A stretch of DNA of 63,733 nucleotides, the filler included, from Klebsormidium nitens (Eukaryota > Plantae > Klebsormidiophyceae), in NCBI GenBank assembly GCA_000708835.1. It is 7 parts of 7 records of this genome, joined end to end, with 100 filler letters (N's around TTAATTAATTAA, not from the genome) between each part and the next. Parts side by side here need not be neighbours in the genome. Positions count along the whole stretch, not along the records: positions 45,302 to 61,495 come from DF238005.1; positions 61,596 to 63,733 come from DF238735.1; 5 more parts are not named here. One strand, given 5' to 3'. The notes beneath the pieces were generated by a model. The model searched no databases, was not told the origin of the DNA, and saw nothing but the letters and a program-made list of their open reading frames with translations. Within the stretch, counting starts at the first letter, position 1. Each line of letters begins with the position of its first letter. Below are positions 58,518 through 63,733 of the stretch, one piece after another. The position numbers were made by a program, and so were the translations under genes.

Positions 58518-60046
58518 AGGTCTGAATGTAGTCTCGAGTCCTAAACGCCTCTCTAACAAAGCTAGCAACCCTCTGTTGGTTTTAGAGTTTTAGGGCTAGC
58601 ATGAACTTATCACCAGATAAGTACCGGTACCAGAAATCATGGCGTTACAGCTCACAGCGCATGCGCATAAGCTATTATAGGGGACTTCTTCAGTGCTTTG
58701 CAAATCTGAACCATTGTGGTCTTGCCATCTGGACGTTGTTGCCAAATGGCAAAATCTTGTCCGCAAGTACCGTGGCTTGTCCAGCCCTCGTGTGACAGGT
58801 AGCCGCCTCCTGACATCATCAACTCGTGTGCGCGACGTCAGTCAAATCATCAGATATTTAACCAGCCTTTCGCCTCCGGTTAAGGTCTTGAGTTACTGGA
58901 ACCCAATTTGGGACAATGTCTGGCTAACCACTGTAGCTAGTTACGTGCCCGGGCCCCGAGTCAGTGATATAGAATTCTTCAAAGCTTCTCGCTGACCTCA
59001 CTTCAGCAAACCGTAGGTTGTTTGTGCCGCTAACCGAAACTACCGAGCATGGCAACAAACAGCAATCATTGGTGGGGCGGCCTATTGAATGCAAATGATG
59101 GCATAGGCTATGGTATTAAATACTGACATCATTGGTCAGCTTGAAAATTTTCGCCACCGCCCGGTGATTGTGGCATGCATGACTCCCTTGACTGCTGCCA
59201 ACTTCCAAGGGGCTTGCCTCCACTAAGAATCGCAGCCCGGGGGACGGTAGGGTTGGTTTGGTTAGGATGGGTAGGGGTGCGGATCGCGTAAGGTTTGGTT
59301 TAGGGTTCTAGTTTGAATTGCCCGGGGCTCCTGAATCTGAAGAGACAAACCCCTTGGAAGACAAGGGAGTTGCCACTATCGCGTACACTGCGATCAATCA
59401 GTGGCCGGCGGCTCCGGAGGCGGTTCGGCCCACTGTGACTTGGCACTCCGTCGTCCCGATCGGTCCCGATCTAACACTCATACATGTATGCCATGAGAAG
59501 CCTATGGCCTATTGGCTACGGCGAGTATGAAAAGTGACCATCGGTACGAAATGGCAGAGCCGGAAGCTCACTCGGGCTCTCACTTCCCAACCGGTACCTA
59601 GTGAGAAGTTCTGTTTGAAGAACAGGTCACACTCTTGTTACGTATTACATTCGCGAGGCGGACTCCTGGCCGCCTGCCATTTCAAAAGTTTTCATGCGCC
59701 ATGGAAGAGGGCAGCTTAAAGTCGGAACATGATGTTGGTTTGCAGCTGAGCGGTCAAGATATTATTGTAATTGCAAGTTGAAATGTAGATCGAGGCCTTC
59801 ATGCGAAAGAGTCGAGTGGGCAAGCTTTGGCTTATGCAGTCATGCAATTGACTGCATCAAAGAATTTGCATTCGCCCCTTGCATTGACATTGGTGAACTC
59901 CATTTTCAACCTTTTTGCAGCGCACAGAATTTACGAGCTGACCAACACTGTGTCGGGAGGCCTCATACATCGATAAACGGTTGGCATTTGACAACTCGTT
60001 TCCCACCAGAAACTACTGTACTGGCATATGTTGCGCGCGCACCTTT

Positions 60047-61180
60047 GGCGCGGTGTCTAAACACTTTTAAAGTGTCAACCAGATCGCCGACATTTCCGAC
60101 AGGGGACAGCCCCGACCACCGGCGCCGCAGGCGAAATTTTTGACAGGCGACAGGGGGAAGACCCGTCGAACCGACCGGGGGCAAAAGAATTGACACAATC
60201 TCACCGGACAGCCCCCCCCGCCCCGGGGCCGGCCGCCACCCCCGGAAATTGTACCGTCGTTATAAAACTTATTTAAAGACAACCGGCTGCTACACGGATG
60301 AGTCCTGCCGGGGCCCATGTCCCGGTTGTACCTGCCCATCCTGAATTGTAGCCTTCGTTTATTGAAGAAAGCAACCGGGTACCGACCAACGGTTGCCACC
60401 GGTATGGTCGACGGTAGCCGAAATCTGCGGGCTTGAACATGACCGTGCGGCGGGCACTGAATTCAATGTACCTGCGTCTCCAGAGTCTACAATACGGGTA
60501 CCGGCACTCTGCAGATAGGTAAGTAGACTTGCAATTGCTTGAATGGTACGTACCCGTACGAGTACGGCAGTACTGCAGGTACTGTACCACCGTAGGCTAC
60601 GGACGTACCTACGGTGATCAACTCTTCGAGTACCCACCGTATCAATAATATGCATATTTGTTTTTTAGAAATGCACAAATTCCGATTTTCATTTCGGTCA
60701 GTACGAATCCAATTGGCTTTTGAAATATATAAAAGCTATCGGTTGAAGCGGGAAACTTGGCAGAAGCAGCCTCGAAATGCGACGCTCCAAGTGAACGCAT
60801 AGGGCTTCCAGAATGTGGTCGGACGGGGGTCGGACCTCATAATAATTCATCTTCACCTGACGGATTGGTTCCATTCCGACTTCGAAAAGCTAAATGCATA
60901 TTTCGGTGAACGTGATATCGCCCAACTTTGGCCGCCGCTAAAATGCACAGCTAAGTTGAGTCGGTGCATCAATGCGACAGCCGCCCCCCCCCCCCTCCGA
61001 CCGTTTTCCTTACTTGATTGGCCTAGAATACACAGAAAATGCCCTCGTGCACGACAGGTGACAGGTCCCCACCCCCCCGAATCTAAGTGAAGCTTGCGAC
61101 AGGGGACAGCCCCAACTGGCATCCGGGTCGTCAATGTCGGCGATCTGGTTACAGGCTTAAATATGTTTTGACACCGCGCC
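60047..61180. mobile_element. Non-autonomous inverted-repeat (foldback/TIR-type) element, about 1.1 kb
   Basis: 48-bp imperfect inverted arms at 60047-60094 and 61133-61180 (core AACCAGATCGCCGACATT / AATGTCGGCGATCTGGTT). A 17-bp direct repeat CGACAGGGGACAGCCCC lies at 60097 and 61097. There is no coding capacity and no TSD was identified. Confidence 0.55.
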
Positions 61181-61495
61181 TTTAGCTGTCCGCATATGTA
61201 AGGAAAATATGCTCAATCGAAAGCCCTACCCTTGAATTGCTGCCAAGATTTAATAGCTCATGTCCATTTAAGTATGACATGCAAGTTCACTTCAAAGTCT
61301 TTTACCCGTGCTGATGTTTTGAAGCTAAGGGGTTACGTTACATGATAGTTATGCAGCGGGAAAAGTACCCCCATCAGTGATGCAATCACCCAAGTATACA
61401 AGGACTTGGGTTGAAATGGAAGTCTAAGCCAGTCTGACATCACCGGTAGTTAGTTGCACCAAGGCCTCCAACAATTCTGTCGACTTGTGAAGCGG

Positions 61496-61595
61496 NNNNN
61501 NNNNNNNNNNNNNNNNNNNNNNNNNNNNNNNNNNNNNNNTTAATTAATTAANNNNNNNNNNNNNNNNNNNNNNNNNNNNNNNNNNNNNNNNNNNN
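61496..61595. other. Artificial contig linker
   Basis: 44 N + TTAATTAATTAA + 44 N. Confidence 0.97.
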
Positions 61596-62121
61596 GGCCC
61601 TGCCCTGGGAACTTCGCGAAGTCGTTCCCAACGGGAATTGCTTCTTCTTCAAACCGTTTGGATAGATCGTGCCAAGTCTTCCTCGGATTCAAAGCACCCG
61701 TGACAACAGCAATCAGGTCGATGATGCTGATCTTGGGCGGCACATCAGTCGTCTTCCTGATGCGAGCGCCTCGAAACTCTCCGAAAAGATCATTGTCGAG
61801 AACTAGGTCCCTCGGCTGGGTGCTGACGACTGCACCAACGTTCTCGAGCGACGGCGTCTCGTTGACAACCTCAGTGGTGGACTCGACCACCGGACGTAAA
61901 CATAAGCCGACGTAGACGCCGGTGCTCTTTCGGTTTGGCCCGTACGCCCTGGTCGCGATAGCGTAGCCCGCCCCCTCCATGGCCTCTGGAAAACCCTTGG
62001 GAACGGGCTCCCCTCCCTGCCACACCTGGAACGCATCTCTGAGCTCGCGGCGCGCGACGAGCAACCCCTCGCCGGCATCGCACCGCGCCGAGACGAAAGC
62101 GCGAAGCTTGTCGGAGTCCAT
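61596..62121 (-). CDS. Intronless virus-like DNA-binding protein (D5-type wHTH-like + Bro-N-like), truncated by the contig end
   Basis: MDSDKLRAFVSARCDAGEGLLVARRELRDAFQVW...GVYVGLCL and IRKTTDVPPKISIIDLIAVVTGALNPRKTWHDL...FPGQG. It is clearly paralogous to the ORF at 62335-63366. Confidence 0.75.
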
Positions 62122-62334
62122 CCTGATTATGAAACATCTGGGAGGGTGTTATTCAATTTGTAGTGTCCGGCGTTTGGACTTTTCTCTGACAAGTCCAGCA
62201 GAACAGAGATCTCGAAAACACATGGTTACGGTTCTTGTGCATATTCAGCATAATTGATTGAAATATGGATGTCAAAGCGCAAAGAAAGAGCCGCTTGCAT
62301 CCATGAACATGTAACGGAAAATGTTCAGACGACG

Positions 62335-63366
62335 TCAATTTTCAGAGATACTTTGAATGTTCTTGATGATGGTCTCGTAGTCGGCAGCTCCTTTCCTGTA
62401 CAGCTCCCTCGATAATTTGAACTCCTTAAGTCTTAGATGCACAAGTACTTCTAGCTTCCTGCAGTCTCTGGCCGGTATAGTCTTCAGGCTTAGCTGTTGT
62501 CCGTAGTACGTCATGTAGCGTCCTTTCAAACGTTGGTACGATCCGGTCCACATACCAATCTTGACGGCGTCCAAGAGCGGCGATGTGGCCATATAGACAC
62601 ATCCATCTAGCTTCTTTGGAAGTAGAGACAACGCCTGGGTGTTCAAAACGGTGCGGAACGGATCCATATCTCGATTTTTCCGGATCTCGTTCACGAGACT
62701 TTCATCCCCCTCGGCAAATCTGACGACTATGTCTGCACATGTATTGCGGAACATGGCTGCACGCGGGCCCGAGAGGTGATTGATGATCTTGACCGCCCCC
62801 CGCGCATCCACCACCGGGGTTTGCTGCTGCCCTTGGCCGGCAAATTGATAAGATGAGTGGTGTAGTTCATCCGAGTTACTGAAGCGCCCGGATAAATCAT
62901 GCCAGGTTTTCCTGGGATTCGAAGTGCCGGTGACGGTAGAAATGAGGTCGAGGATGCTAACTTTGGTTGGTTTGTCGTTCGTCTTCCTTATTCGGAAGCT
63001 ATGATTCTCGGCATCAAAAATCAACACCTCAGGCATGCACACCACTGCGCCAGGCGGGAGGGGCCCTGAGGCAACTTCTGCGCGGTCAATAACGGCGTCC
63101 AGTACTTCTTCTACCCGCTTCGTCCCCTGTTGGGTCGCGCTTATTGCCACACCCAAGTAGACTCCCGTCATCGTTTTGTCCGACCCATAGCTTCTGGATG
63201 CAAGAGCGTAACCCGCCTCCTTCATGGCTTCGGGTAGCCCCCTCGGAACCTTCTCACCTCCATTCCAAGCCAACAATGCGTCTCTAATCTCGCGGCGCGA
63301 CACGACCAATCCCTCGCCGGTGACGCAGCGCGCCGAGATGAATTCTCGAAGCTTGTTCGGGTCCAT
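62335..63366 (-). CDS. Intronless virus-like protein: D5/primase C-terminal wHTH-like + Bro-N-like + T5orf172 (GIY-YIG-like) domain
   Basis: A 343-codon ORF from MDPNKL; this start is chosen by alignment with the paralog. N-terminal: FISARCVTGEGLVVSRREIRDALLAW. Middle: VSILDLISTVTG...FAGQGQQQTPVVDARGAVKIINHLSGPRAAMFR...ADIVVRFAEGDESLVNEI. C-terminal: GCVYMATSPLLDAVKIGMW. Domain names come from motif recall, not an HMM search. Confidence 0.78.
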   Translation of the reverse strand: MDPNKLREFISARCVTGEGLVVSRREIRDALLAWNGGEKVPRGLPEAMKEAGYALASRSYGSDKTMTGVYLGVAISATQQGTKRVEEVLDAVIDRAEVASGPLPPGAVVCMPEVLIFDAENHSFRIRKTNDKPTKVSILDLISTVTGTSNPRKTWHDLSGRFSNSDELHHSSYQFAGQGQQQTPVVDARGAVKIINHLSGPRAAMFRNTCADIVVRFAEGDESLVNEIRKNRDMDPFRTVLNTQALSLLPKKLDGCVYMATSPLLDAVKIGMWTGSYQRLKGRYMTYYGQQLSLKTIPARDCRKLEVLVHLRLKEFKLSRELYRKGAADYETIIKNIQSISEN

Positions 63367-63733
63367 CCTGTTTATGAGAGACTCTGAGAAGTATCCGTCG
63401 CATTTGTACGAGTCCAGGCTGGACTTTCCGACGAAGTGTCTCGTCGAAAAGAAGCAATCCAAGCTCTTTGAGTACAGTCCGTTTTACACGTGGCGACGAA
63501 CTGTTCGCCGCATTATTTTCGCCACACAAGGCATGAAATATCTCTGCTGGCTTGGGCGCCAGGACTGGCGACCACCGGACTGGTTTTGAACATCAGAGCT
63601 CTGGCTCGACCTAAACCTGCCCCGACGTCCGCACTCAAGACCACTTGACCGACTCAATCTATCTCATGTCGAATCCAAGTCTGCTCGTTCACCGCGGCTC
63701 CCACTCGTTCCTATTCAGCAGATGCCACACCAA

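Noticed and set aside
59245-59312. Telomere or interstitial telomeric array
   Set aside because: Only one or two TTTAGGG-like units occur in a G/T-rich stretch (similar at about 915-970 and 31955-31985). At most these are telo-box motifs.

Overview
This is eukaryotic nuclear DNA from an intron-rich green plant lineage. The LHCII, plastid ACCase and LRR-RLK/Pelle genes plus a DIRS element point to a streptophyte alga such as Klebsormidium; that taxon is an inference. The window is not contiguous: six artificial 100-nt spacers (44 N + TTAATTAATTAA + 44 N) join seven contigs, and there is one plain N gap, so neighbourhood arguments hold only within a contig. Genes reconstructed exon by exon: cytochrome b561 (-), MATE transporter (+), DUF2232-type membrane protein (-), an orphan coiled-coil gene (+), major LHCII protein (+), the 3' end of plastid biotin carboxylase (-), and an 8-LRR receptor-like pseudokinase (-). 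Mobile DNA: a DIRS retrotransposon (gag knuckle, RT, RNase H, MT), two MITEs, an inverted-repeat element and tandem arrays. The last contig carries two tandem intronless genes of giant-virus type (D5-like wHTH + Bro-N-like, with T5orf172 in the complete copy). The most unusual signals are: (1) decayed 'ghost' copies of exon ends plus splice sites stacked in the introns of four unrelated host genes, clearest as a five-unit ~135-bp array in the RLK kinase intron; (2) an apparent spliceosomal intron that would fuse DIRS gag to pol in frame; (3) an unusual 6-Cys module in the RLK ectodomain; (4) the virus-like gene pair with a conserved upstream motif. All alignments were done by eye and no database searches were run.
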